A stretch of 64,000 nt of DNA from Patescibacteria group bacterium (GCA_041749335.1 JBGTBM010000008.1:18462-82461), one strand, 5' to 3'. Positions 31,816 to 41,809 are shown, numbered from the stretch's first letter. The notes: a model not told the origin generated them from the letters alone. Program-made: numbers and translations.

Positions 31816-31859
31816 GCTTTATTTTATTAAAGCATAATATTATTTAAAATTGTTGTCAA
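31816..31859 (-). promoter_or_regulatory. Sigma70 promoter with an overlapping palindromic operator
   Basis: TTGACA (31859-31854)-17bp-TATGCT (31836-31831); inverted repeat GCTTTA-N6-TAAAGC at 31816-31833. Confidence 0.7.
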
Positions 31860-31928
31860 AAAAAATCGGGGCTACCAGTTGGCAGTCCCGAAAAATCAAC
31901 AAGAACTAAGGTTAAATAAAGTCAAAGA

Positions 31929-32183
31929 TCAATCACGATCGTATAGCCACACATCGCGGCAGTATACAGTCGTAGCCGGAGTCAGCACCCAAGTCATAAA
32001 AATAATCATCAAGATGCTGCCCACGAAGAATCCGACATAGCCCCGCCTGACTCCCCGATCACCGTAGTACCGCTCAACCCCTCCGCTATTCACAATGCGT
32101 ATGATCAAGCAGACCGTAGCAATCATGGCAGTTGCGACCATCGCGAAAATGTACACATGGACCAACATTGACCATTCATTCAT
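31929..32183 (-). CDS. Small two-TM hypothetical protein
   Basis: SD AAGGAGG, own TTGACA-17bp-TAAAGT promoter and downstream terminator; GC-richer than its neighbours. Confidence 0.65.
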   Translation of the reverse strand: MNEWSMLVHVYIFAMVATAMIATVCLIIRIVNSGGVERYYGDRGVRRGYVGFFVGSILMIIFMTWVLTPATTVYCRDVWLYDRD

Positions 32184-32297
32184 TTTTTCCTCCTTTTCGG
32201 TTTCTAGGCTTGCAATAACTTTATCACATTTTTAATTTTTTGTCAATACTTTTTATCATTTTATAGCTTATCTGCGATATTATGCTATTATTTAAAT

Positions 32298-32753
32298 ATG
32301 AAAAAGTATGCAATTAATAAGAAAGTGAGATTTGATTATGAAATCCTGGAAAAAATCGAGGCGGGTTTAGTATTGGCGGGGACTGAAGTTAAATCAATAA
32401 GAGCTGGCAATATCAGTTTAAAAGGCTCATACGTTACCTTAAAATCATCCGGAAAAAATCCTGAAGCCTGGCTGATAAATGCTCACGTTTCTCCCTACAA
32501 ACCGGCCGGAGATCAACCCGGTTATGATCCGGAAAGATCCCGTAAATTACTGCTGAAAAAAAAGGAAATAAATTACCTAATCGGCAAGAAAAAAGAACAA
32601 GGCTTGACATTAGTGCCATTATCGGTGTATAATAGAAGATCGAAAATTAAAGTTGAAATTGGTTTGGCTCGCGGCAAAAAAAGGTACGAAAAACGAGAAG
32701 ATATCAAAAAAAGAGAAGCTAATAGAAAAATCAGGCGAGCGTTAAAAAATTAA
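32298..32753 (+). CDS. smpB: SsrA-binding protein
   Basis: NKK.RFDYEI..IEAGLVL.GTEVKSIR, RKLLL, GKKRYEKRE. Confidence 0.97.
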   Translation: MKKYAINKKVRFDYEILEKIEAGLVLAGTEVKSIRAGNISLKGSYVTLKSSGKNPEAWLINAHVSPYKPAGDQPGYDPERSRKLLLKKKEINYLIGKKKEQGLTLVPLSVYNRRSKIKVEIGLARGKKRYEKREDIKKREANRKIRRALKN

Positions 32754-32834
32754 TAATAAATTTTTATTGTAGTTATTATCACCTCCTCTCTGACTCCCCT
32801 CCTTACCTAGGAGAGGAGGATGATTACCAGAGAG

Positions 32835-33232
32835 GGGGATGACAGGCTTCGATAGAAATTTCAAAATGTATTATTGCAAACTGAGGCGCGCGATCCTCAT
32901 AAAACCTTGCGCAAAGTTATAAGTGCAAACTTACTAACTAAGGTAAAAGACAATGTTAAAGCTTTTGCTTCTAGCATGAGTCTTTCACCGATTGCAGCAG
33001 CATAAATCCTGTTGCCATTCGCCTTTTTCCGCCTGAGGGAGAAGAGTCGGGTGTCATATTTTCAGGCTAGATATTTTCTCCCGGCCCGAGAATTTATCGA
33101 AACCATATCGGCCTAAGCCTTATAAGTTTTTGTCTATTTTATACTTATCTGGCTGACAAAATAAATAGACTACGTTTGTAGACAATTTTATATTTAAATT
33201 TCTAGACGTGGGTTCAATTCCCACCATCTCCA
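32835..33232 (+). ncRNA. ssrA: tmRNA; tag ANLLTKVKDNVKAFASSMSLSPIAAA (32925-33005)
   Basis: 5' GGGGATG pairs with 3' CATCTCC-A, including the G3.U70 wobble; T-arm GTGGGTTCAATTCCCAC; resume context TAAGT-GCA; directly follows smpB; CCA not encoded. Confidence 0.95.
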
Positions 33233-33358
33233 CTTGATATAATCAATCTCTTTGGGATTTACTTATGCAATAAAATACATGAGATTAAATGAAGATGGTG
33301 GCATAACAATCAGAAATAATTACAGCAATTTATAATGCCCAAAATTTAAAATTTTTAA

Positions 33359-33604
33359 ATGTATTATTTGTATATATTAAAATGCTCAGATAATTCGCTC
33401 TATACCGGCATTACTAAAGATTTAAAATTAAGATTTTCAAGCCACCGAAATGGCACCGGGTCAAAGTATGTTAGATCCAGACTCCCCTTCAAGCACGTTT
33501 ATACTGAAAAATTTAAAAATCAAAGCGCTGCTTTAAAAAGAGAATTTCAGATTAAGCAATGGCCTAGAAATAAAAAATTTTTGCTATTAAATATTGAGCC
33601 ATAA
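33359..33604 (+). CDS. GIY-YIG nuclease family protein (UPF0213-like)
   Basis: YLYILKCSDNSLYTGIT.DL..R...H..G.GSKY...R; ALKREFQIK. Confidence 0.9.
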   Translation: MYYLYILKCSDNSLYTGITKDLKLRFSSHRNGTGSKYVRSRLPFKHVYTEKFKNQSAALKREFQIKQWPRNKKFLLLNIEP

Positions 33605-33737
33605 TTATATTTGAAGGCGTTAATTAATAATGATTTTGCCAAATTTTTCAAAAATAATGTTACCTGTAATTGGAAAACCTTGACTGATAGGTTTTTTTTA
33701 ACTAAACTAATAAAGTAGAAAATTAATAAATAAAAAG

Positions 33738-34298
33738 ATTTATAATCCAAACTACAACAAAAATTATAAAAAGTATCGTACTAGGATAAACGAATATATT
33801 AGAATTCCTCAAGTAAGAGTAATCGATGAAGATGGTACTCAGCTTGGGGTTTTAGATACTAACGAAGCTAGAAGATTAGCCCAAACCAAGGGGCTCGATC
33901 TGGTTGAAGTAGCCCCTAATATCAGGCCTCCGGTATGTAAAATAATGGATTACGGAAAATACAAGTATCAGCAAGAAAAGAAAGAAAGGAAAATGAAGAA
34001 AAGCCAGAAGAAAGTAGAGGTAAAGGGGGTAAGAATTTCTTTAAGAATCAGCCAAAACGACTTGGAATTTAAAGCTAATCAAGCTGATAAATTCTTGGCG
34101 CAAGGCGATAAGGTCAGAATTGAAATTGTATTGCGAGGTAGAGAAAACGCCCATCGCGATTTAGCCAGAGAAAGACTGAATGAATTTATTAAAAAAATGA
34201 AGCACGAGGTGATTATTGAGCAAAAGCCTCAAAAAGAAAGGCTGGGGCTTGCGATGATAATATCTGAAGATAAAAAAGCAAATATTAACAAAGGATAA
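33738..34298 (+). CDS. infC: Translation initiation factor IF-3, non-canonical start (ATT 33738 or ATA 33726)
   Basis: Frame is open from 33714 and encodes the N-domain RINEYIRIPQVRVIDEDGTQLGV...LDLVEVAPN..PPVCKIMDYGK; no in-frame ATG/GTG/TTG upstream of that domain. Confidence 0.92.
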   Translation: MYNPNYNKNYKKYRTRINEYIRIPQVRVIDEDGTQLGVLDTNEARRLAQTKGLDLVEVAPNIRPPVCKIMDYGKYKYQQEKKERKMKKSQKKVEVKGVRISLRISQNDLEFKANQADKFLAQGDKVRIEIVLRGRENAHRDLARERLNEFIKKMKHEVIIEQKPQKERLGLAMIISEDKKANINKG

Positions 34299-34311
34299 TT
34301 TATCAATATTT

Positions 34312-34509
34312 ATGCCAAAGTTAAAAACACATAAAGCCACAGCGAAAAGAATAAAAATTTCCGGATCTAAAAAATACTTGCGCCGAAAATCCACGCAAGA
34401 TCATTTTAATGCTCGAGACAGAGGCAAAGATACCAGAAATAAAAGGGGTTACAAAAAGGTTCACAAAACAAATATCAGCAAAATTAAAAAAGCCTTACCT
34501 TATTCATAA
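34312..34509 (+). CDS. rpmI: 50S ribosomal protein L35
   Basis: MPKLKTHKATAKRIKISG...LPY; located between infC and rplT. Confidence 0.93.
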   Translation: MPKLKTHKATAKRIKISGSKKYLRRKSTQDHFNARDRGKDTRNKRGYKKVHKTNISKIKKALPYS

Positions 34510-34531
34510 TTAATAATAGTAACTTGATTAT

Positions 34532-34876
34532 ATGACAAGAGTAAAACGCGGAGTCTTAGCTTCAAAAAGAAGAAAAAAGATATTGAAAAGAACCAAGGGT
34601 TATCTTTTAGGCCGCAGTAAAAAATACCGCCTAGCCAAACAGGCATATTTAAAGGCTTCGGAATATGCTTTTAGAGATCGAAAGGCTAAAAAGGGCCAGT
34701 TTAGAAAACTTTGGATTATTAGATTAAATGCCGCAGTTAGAGAGCATGGACTTTCTTATTCAAGATTTATTGAAAAATTAAAAAAAGCTAAAATTGAAAT
34801 TGATCGCAAAGTCCTGGCTGAAATTGCCGTCAATAATCCAAAAACTTTCAAAATTATCGTCGATAAAATAAAATAA
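34532..34876 (+). CDS. rplT: 50S ribosomal protein L20
   Basis: [38 protein letters not shown]. Confidence 0.97.
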   Translation: MTRVKRGVLASKRRKKILKRTKGYLLGRSKKYRLAKQAYLKASEYAFRDRKAKKGQFRKLWIIRLNAAVREHGLSYSRFIEKLKKAKIEIDRKVLAEIAVNNPKTFKIIVDKIK

Positions 34877-34953
34877 TATTTTATTAACAAGATCCTTCGT
34901 AATCCTATAATTACTTATTTAAGATGAAGAAGGATTTTTAATTTATAAAAGCT

Positions 34954-35907
34954 ATGACTATACAACAAATCTATGACCTCGCCATCAAATTAGGCAAACA
35001 GGCCGACCTAAGAGATAAAGGCGCAATTAATGAAAAACTGCAAAGAGAAAAGCTTAAGTTCAATAGATTAAACGCTAAAGATAAAAAATATTTTGACCTA
35101 GAGCAGCTAACCAACCCCTATTCCGATACCAGGGTTTTATTTGGAAAAATGAACGCTAAAATTAAGAGAATTTTGACCGGGATTGATATTACTTCCGGCG
35201 ATGTGCTTTTGGCTGACCGTTTATCCGAGAAAGGTAAAAAAATAGACTTAATAGTAAGCCACCACCCGCTGGGAAAAGCTCTCGCCAAACTGGATGATGT
35301 TATGGAGCTTCAAGTTGATTTATTGGAACAGCTGGGCATTCCAATAAACATTGCCGAGGGATTAATGAAAATAAGGATGAGCGAAGTATCACGGTCAGTA
35401 TCCCCGGTCAATCATAATAAATCAGTTGATGCCGCTAAAATTCTGAATATTCCCATTATGTGCACTCATACCATAGCCGATAATTTGGTATCTAAATTTA
35501 TTAATGATAAACTCAATAAAGCAAAACCAAATTATGTTTCTGATATTCTTAATATTTTAGATGAAATACCGGAATATCAAGAGGCTAAAAAAATTAACGC
35601 CGGCCCGGTTTTATTCGCCGGTTCAGCGGAAAATCGGTGCGGTAAGTTTGCTTTGACTGAAGTAACTGGCGGTACCGCTGGATCAAAAGATATTTATAAA
35701 AGATTATCAGAGCTCGGAATTGGTACTATTATTGGTATGCATATGTCGGAAGAATATAAACAAGAGGCGGAAAAAAATCATCTCAATGTTATTATCGCGG
35801 GACATATGGCTTCAGATTCTCTTGGCATGAATTTATTTTTAGACGAGCTTGAGAAAAAAGGAGTTGAAATTATTCCCTGTTCCGGACTAATCAGAATCAA
35901 AAGATAA
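34954..35907 (+). CDS. NIF3 (NGG1p-interacting factor 3)-like metal-binding protein
   Basis: GIDI, SHHP.G, HT.ADN, GMH, IAGHMASDSLGMN. Confidence 0.8.
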   Translation: MTIQQIYDLAIKLGKQADLRDKGAINEKLQREKLKFNRLNAKDKKYFDLEQLTNPYSDTRVLFGKMNAKIKRILTGIDITSGDVLLADRLSEKGKKIDLIVSHHPLGKALAKLDDVMELQVDLLEQLGIPINIAEGLMKIRMSEVSRSVSPVNHNKSVDAAKILNIPIMCTHTIADNLVSKFINDKLNKAKPNYVSDILNILDEIPEYQEAKKINAGPVLFAGSAENRCGKFALTEVTGGTAGSKDIYKRLSELGIGTIIGMHMSEEYKQEAEKNHLNVIIAGHMASDSLGMNLFLDELEKKGVEIIPCSGLIRIKR

Positions 35908-36318
35908 TATTAAAATTTAAAAATATTATACCTCTACGAAAACAGAGGTATTTTTAATAAAGATCAAATTATAATATTTTTTTGTTCAAGCGCCAGTCGA
36001 TAGGATGAAATTACGGTTTCTCTTCCATTTGGTATTTCAATGGTAGTCTAATATTGTGGCCCAAATCCATTTAACATAACTTTATTGCAATCAATATTAT
36101 GCTTCCAACCTCCTCTAACCTCGCAATTACACCTGATTTATTCTCCCGCACTAACAACCTGAAAAACGCAATCAATGTAGTTTTTATCAGGATTTATTCT
36201 AACTCTGTCGTCCGGCTTAAACACCTCGTCCTTCCAATATTTAAGGATTCAAGATATTATTTAAAATTTTAAGATTATATCAATAAAAAATCCGAGGGTA
36301 GATCCTCGGATGAATTTT

Positions 36319-37608
36319 TTATAATGTTCCATTTCTAATTTTGTCTAAAACCTTACGAGCATCATCTTCCGAAATTGATTTCTTTTTTCCCAAAATCTGA
36401 ATCAAGCCCTTCACTACTTGGGGAAACTCTTCTTCAGATGCTCCCACCAAAAGGGCAAAATTGGTAGCATGTAGTCTCATATGTCCTTCGGTAAAACGCT
36501 TATTGGGATCTACCAAGGCTGAAATTGCGGCATAATTTTGCGCCAACGCCGCAGCTCCCATCACCTCTCTCAGTTCCCGCGCTGTTTTTACCTTCATAAT
36601 TTCCAGCGAAATTGTCGCTATCGGATGCATAATTGCTCCACCAATGATTCCGATATCGATCGGAGCCTTAAATACTCCAATCAAATCGCCTTCAGACATT
36701 CTCCATTTAGAAATCGCCAGCTCTTTAGATTCAAGCGCGTAAGTATTGATCAATCCCATCACAGCCCGAGTATCATTGCCGGTAGCAGTAGCTATCGCAA
36801 TCAATGAATTCGCCATACCCTTATTATGAGTCACCGCTCTAAACAAATTTTGTTCTGCAAAGCGCGATGCAATTTCTATTCTACGGCCCATCATCTGATC
36901 ATATGTTTTTAATCTGATTTTACACTCCACCATTTTGAGAGTGTAATTGGTAAGAATACCCATAATCATTTCGTATCCGGTATCACTGGCGATACGCGCT
37001 CCCAAAAACTCGCAAATTGAAACTACTTTATTTGCGCCCATTGCGTCAACCGTATCAGCCGCCACATGCAATACGACACCGGTGTTTTCATCATCAATAC
37101 GATGCAAATAATTTTTCACCTCAATTGATTTTACTCCGCCGCCACGCTCAACATCCGCTTGAGCAATGTCCAAATTCGCCATAGCGATCAAATCCAGCTT
37201 ATGACTATCCAAATAAGCCTCAAATTGCTGAATCTTTTCTGGAGGAACGATTATCAAAATCTGTCCGACTGATTCGTGACTGCCAATTGATTGGGTTTCA
37301 ATGTACCCATTATGCTTTCGAAAAACACTGCCGGCTCGATTAGCTGCCGCTACCACTGATGTTTCTTCGGTCGCATAAGGTATGTAGCGGTCGGTGCCAT
37401 TAATTGGTAAACACACAATTCCTAAAGGGATTTGGAAATATCCCAAACAATTCTCAATTGCTTTCTCTCCCCATTCAACGGAAATTTGATCTCGGCGTAA
37501 CATTTCAGCATGAGCGGGCGTAATAGCGCCCATTGATGTCAATCTTACTAAACGATCGCGCCGCGATGTCAATTTACTAAATCCACTAAAGGGATGTCTG
37601 CTATTCAT
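36319..37608 (-). CDS. mvaA: HMG-CoA reductase, class II
   Basis: ENCLG, TEETSVVAA, DAMGAN, THNKG, GNDTRA and GHMRLH catalytic motifs. Confidence 0.88.
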   Translation of the reverse strand: MNSRHPFSGFSKLTSRRDRLVRLTSMGAITPAHAEMLRRDQISVEWGEKAIENCLGYFQIPLGIVCLPINGTDRYIPYATEETSVVAAANRAGSVFRKHNGYIETQSIGSHESVGQILIIVPPEKIQQFEAYLDSHKLDLIAMANLDIAQADVERGGGVKSIEVKNYLHRIDDENTGVVLHVAADTVDAMGANKVVSICEFLGARIASDTGYEMIMGILTNYTLKMVECKIRLKTYDQMMGRRIEIASRFAEQNLFRAVTHNKGMANSLIAIATATGNDTRAVMGLINTYALESKELAISKWRMSEGDLIGVFKAPIDIGIIGGAIMHPIATISLEIMKVKTARELREVMGAAALAQNYAAISALVDPNKRFTEGHMRLHATNFALLVGASEEEFPQVVKGLIQILGKKKSISEDDARKVLDKIRNGTL

Positions 37609-37720
37609 TATTTTGTCCCTCCTTTGTCAAAGAACATTATGCTTTAAACAATAATTTCAAATAATTCAAATTTAGTCAAATAAAAAAATGTTTTTCGCCT
37701 AATTAACAATTTTTTGATTT

Positions 37721-40282
37721 TTAAAAATTCCCCACGGCTACATAAGCTCCGCCGCGAAAATTTTCGTCATACGCAAAGAAATTGTTATAAATTTGCGTCC
37801 CGTCTTTCTCAAAAATCCTAATTTGCGGGCCGCCGCCCATTCCCGGACCGGTAATTAATTCAGCCTTACCGTCAAAATCAATATCAAATGCTTCTATATT
37901 AGCTCCGGTTTCCACGCCTTCCGGATAAGCTCGAAACTCTCCTAAAATAGTTTGTTCTTCGTTGTATTGATATATTTTTGTCCAAGCTTCGCCATTGGCA
38001 AGTTGAGACACCGCTACATCATCCCTGCCATCGCCATCAAAATCTCCAGCCGCCACATCCACTCCAGTTCTAGACTCGGGATGAAAAGCAAAAAATGAAT
38101 AAGGAAGCAAACTTCCGTCGCCTTTAAACATTCTCACATGAGGACCGCCTCCCGTTCCTGCGCCAGCAATTATTTCATCTATGCCGTCGCCATTAAGATC
38201 GCCTGCTGCAACTGTTACTCCTCCGCGAAAACCCGGATCAAAAGCAAAAAAACCGGCAGTTAATTTAGGATTGCCATCTTTGTCAAAAACTCGTATATGC
38301 GGGCCGCCGCCTACTCCGGCACCGGCTATAATTTCGTCAATGCCGTCGCCATCCAAGTCTCCGACTGCAACATTAACCCCGCCCCGAAAAGATTCTTGAT
38401 AAGCGAAAAACCCCGGCGACTGCACACTGCCGTCTGCCTTGAAAATTCTAATATGAGGACCACTGCCATCTCCAGTTCCCGCGATGATCTCATCTTTGCC
38501 ATTACCATCAACATCGCCAGCCGCTACTTTTACTCCATTGCGTACATATTCTTGATAAGCGAAAAAACCGGGATGCTGAAGATCTCCCAGGGGATTAAAC
38601 TGCCTGATCTGCGGACCTCCGGAAAACCCGGCGCCGGTAACTATCCTAGTATTACCAATTAAAAAATTTAAAATAGCGGGACTATTCTCCCAATTACCTA
38701 CGCTATTTTTTGCTCTGGTTTCAATTTTATGGATTCCTTTTGATAAAACAGCTGTAGTAAATTTGAAATCCTCCCGCGACTGATTAAACTTCCCATCAAC
38801 CGCCTCGGCTCCCTGCCAAGACCCACCGTCCACACGATATTGAACGGTGCTGATTTCATCAATAGTCATATCATAAGATAGGCCGCTTCTACTAGTGCTA
38901 TAATAAGGATTGAGATTCTCCAGTTGATACACTTCCGCCGAACCATAAATAGTGGGAGTCGTATCGCTGGAACTGCCGCTTGATCTAATTATAGTATTAG
39001 GATAAGTATCGAGTAAATCAGGAATATTATCCTGATCGCTATCACGCCATCCGATTTGCCCCTTGGCGTAATAATCAATCTGTCTATTAACGAAGGGTGC
39101 GACTCCACCTCTCATTAAGCTTGGATGATTGCTAGCGCAAGATCCGCCGCTGGGATTATATTCGCTATTCTGATTTTGAATATTTAAATACCCCACGGAA
39201 CGATCACAGGGCTGATAGGCAGAATAATATTGATCTAAAGCAAAAAAAGTATGACCTATTTCATGCGCAAAAACAGAATCCATATTACCGATTCCGTAGC
39301 CATTATTATCATATGTCATAACCATAAAGGGTCCGCCATAATATGAATAGGCAAATTTACCGTCCTTAAAGCGGCCATCCCCGTCATTCTTGCTATCAAC
39401 TATAAAAACCGCAAATGCCCAATCCGAATTATCCTTTTTAATTAAATCGTTCAAATACGCTCTCACCTGATCAAAATAGTCGCCATTTGAATATCCCATT
39501 TTATTCATAATTTCATTAATCCACAAATCTTGCCCTCCGCTTTTAGTCCAGGAATCTCTGATAATGGGCTCATATTTAGTTTTCGCACGGCTATCTGTGC
39601 GACCATTAATAAAATGATAAGTAAAAGACAAATCGGCTAAATTTCCTCCCATGTCCTGCCACCACTTAGCGCCCATTTTTATTTCCCCGTAAACTTGTTC
39701 TTCCCGACCGCTTTCCCAATTTTCTATCGACTTGTCTAAGCTGCCATCACTTTCCACCAAAAATGCGGCGATAGATATTTTCCCCAACATAAATTCTGAA
39801 GTATCATAAAACCCTCCGCCGTCTGCCTCTCCGGGAGCATCTTCCGGCCCCCCTATTTCTCCAAAATTTTGAAATAATAAATCTCCGCCGATGGGGCCAG
39901 GTTCATTGCTGGGAATTTGATTAACGTCGGTTAAAGCATAATTCCATATTTTAGCGGAATTTTCAGCCGCCTGGCCGTATGGTCTTACCTGATTGATATC
40001 AATAACACTCTTGGAATAAAAATTAATCTTAACTTTATTTTTCAATAAATTAAATTTTTCGTCACTGATGCCAATCTCAATAATTTCATGAGTATAGCTT
40101 GACTTTAATTTTCCATTTAAACTTGGCAGCTCTTCAATAATCTGATCTTTTTGGTCGGTAATAACAAAATAATCAACATTAAAATTTTGGTCTTCTTGTG
40201 ATTTTACATTTTGCGCATCAAAATAAAATACCCCAAGAGAAAAAAATAAAATAAAAAGGGAAATTGGTATAAGTTTTTTCAT
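37721..40282 (-). CDS. Secreted zinc metallopeptidase with an Ig-like domain and C-terminal FG-GAP-like repeats
   Basis: Signal/TM; AHEIGHTFFALDQY; repeats of VAxGDxDGDGxDEIIAGAGxGGGPHIRxF. Confidence 0.8.
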   Translation of the reverse strand: MKKLIPISLFILFFSLGVFYFDAQNVKSQEDQNFNVDYFVITDQKDQIIEELPSLNGKLKSSYTHEIIEIGISDEKFNLLKNKVKINFYSKSVIDINQVRPYGQAAENSAKIWNYALTDVNQIPSNEPGPIGGDLLFQNFGEIGGPEDAPGEADGGGFYDTSEFMLGKISIAAFLVESDGSLDKSIENWESGREEQVYGEIKMGAKWWQDMGGNLADLSFTYHFINGRTDSRAKTKYEPIIRDSWTKSGGQDLWINEIMNKMGYSNGDYFDQVRAYLNDLIKKDNSDWAFAVFIVDSKNDGDGRFKDGKFAYSYYGGPFMVMTYDNNGYGIGNMDSVFAHEIGHTFFALDQYYSAYQPCDRSVGYLNIQNQNSEYNPSGGSCASNHPSLMRGGVAPFVNRQIDYYAKGQIGWRDSDQDNIPDLLDTYPNTIIRSSGSSSDTTPTIYGSAEVYQLENLNPYYSTSRSGLSYDMTIDEISTVQYRVDGGSWQGAEAVDGKFNQSREDFKFTTAVLSKGIHKIETRAKNSVGNWENSPAILNFLIGNTRIVTGAGFSGGPQIRQFNPLGDLQHPGFFAYQEYVRNGVKVAAGDVDGNGKDEIIAGTGDGSGPHIRIFKADGSVQSPGFFAYQESFRGGVNVAVGDLDGDGIDEIIAGAGVGGGPHIRVFDKDGNPKLTAGFFAFDPGFRGGVTVAAGDLNGDGIDEIIAGAGTGGGPHVRMFKGDGSLLPYSFFAFHPESRTGVDVAAGDFDGDGRDDVAVSQLANGEAWTKIYQYNEEQTILGEFRAYPEGVETGANIEAFDIDFDGKAELITGPGMGGGPQIRIFEKDGTQIYNNFFAYDENFRGGAYVAVGNF

Positions 40283-40300
40283 TTTTTATATTTTAGCATT

Positions 40301-41809
40301 TTAGTGCAAACAATCTTTATATTCTGCCCGATACTGCCATTGTTCAAAGGGAATTTCAAAATGGATTGCGCCATTGCATATGTATGCCCGAGATATCACC
40401 TCTACCGGATAACCGCCATAGACATAGGCCTTCACCAATGTTCCCCAATTTTCAGAATTTATTTTTAATGTTTGATAATTATAATTTTCCTGCAGGCTGG
40501 TCTTTAATTCATTTGCTTTTTGAGCTTCTTCGGTTATCAAAATTCTGGGTTTATTATAGGCGAAAACAATTACTCCCCCGGTCCAGTCTTTATCGATAAA
40601 TTCTATATATTCCGGCCGATCTTTCCAAAGATATTGGGGAATTTCCGTATGAACGGTTTTACCTCCGTAGCGAATCGCCTGGGCAATCGCTTTTACGGAA
40701 TATCCTCCGTAAATATACGCACTTACAAATTTTGGCCAATGTTTGGCGCCGGCAGGAATTAATCCTTTGCCAAAGTAATATTCCAGGCGCCTCTTTAGTT
40801 CCAATGCTTTTTCGGATTCCATTTCCAGACTTAACCTTTCTTGATTATAAGGCCCAATCGGCACTTTTTTATACCAATTCCATGCCTCGCGCGAACTCAT
40901 ATCCTTATGTAATAATCCAAAATTATTTTCATAATCATTTATATAATCGTAATTTCTAATGTTATATATAAATATTCTTTCGACAAAACCGCTATCCATT
41001 ACGATACGCGTTGCTTCATCTAGATATTTTTTTTGAAATTCTTCATTGATATCTCGCTCGCCGGTAGAACATCCCATTTCCGTAACCCAAGCCTTTCCGC
41101 CATTATTGTTATTAATCACAGATTTTAAATTAGTGAGATCATTAATCAGTTTATCGTAATTTCCCTGATCTCGACGATAACCGCAATAATATATATGAAA
41201 AGATAGCGCATCAAATTTTTTAGTTCTTTTAAATAACTCTTGCGCAAAATAAACATTTGGAGAGGCCAGCCCGGCCGCCAAAACTTTATCGTTGGGATTT
41301 AGCTTTTTAATCCGATCATACGCAATTTCTAAAATCGGCAAATAATTATCCACCGTATTGGGCTTTAAATAAGTAAAAGAATCGGGCTCATTCCAGACCT
41401 CCCAAACATCAACATATTTGCCATAACGCCTCACCATATAGTCAACAAACCCTTCCCATTTTTTGGGATCGGGACTGGCAAAATTTCCATGTTCTGATCC
41501 ATAAGCCAGCATTCCTACCACCTTGATCCCGTTATTCTTATATTTTTTTAAAATATCCTCATAGCGATAAACCCAGGCTTGATTATCTCCATAAAACACT
41601 TCGGTATAAAAATGCTCTCTGGCCCACTTGGTTTTACTTTCATCTAAGCGCTTATTATAAAGATTATCCTGACCAAATCCTCCCAAAGTCCAATGCACAT
41701 TGAGGCCAATATTATCTTTGGTGGGCGCGGAAAAAGCTAAAACCGATGCCTGTATGGGCATTAATAGCATAAATCCCGCTAATATTAAAAATAAATATTT
41801 TTTATACAT
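40301..41809 (-). CDS. Secreted clan GH-A glycoside hydrolase (GH5/GH39-like) with two C-terminal repeats
   Basis: Signal peptide; WEVWNEPD (acid/base), SFHIY, WVTEMG (nucleophile), NFGLL. Confidence 0.8.
   Translation of the reverse strand: MYKKYLFLILAGFMLLMPIQASVLAFSAPTKDNIGLNVHWTLGGFGQDNLYNKRLDESKTKWAREHFYTEVFYGDNQAWVYRYEDILKKYKNNGIKVVGMLAYGSEHGNFASPDPKKWEGFVDYMVRRYGKYVDVWEVWNEPDSFTYLKPNTVDNYLPILEIAYDRIKKLNPNDKVLAAGLASPNVYFAQELFKRTKKFDALSFHIYYCGYRRDQGNYDKLINDLTNLKSVINNNNGGKAWVTEMGCSTGERDINEEFQKKYLDEATRIVMDSGFVERIFIYNIRNYDYINDYENNFGLLHKDMSSREAWNWYKKVPIGPYNQERLSLEMESEKALELKRRLEYYFGKGLIPAGAKHWPKFVSAYIYGGYSVKAIAQAIRYGGKTVHTEIPQYLWKDRPEYIEFIDKDWTGGVIVFAYNKPRILITEEAQKANELKTSLQENYNYQTLKINSENWGTLVKAYVYGGYPVEVISRAYICNGAIHFEIPFEQWQYRAEYKDCLH

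Noticed and set aside
33233-33720. Prophage or island integrated at the tmRNA
   Set aside because: No integrase and no direct repeat of the ssrA 3' end was seen; core infC follows within about 500 bp.
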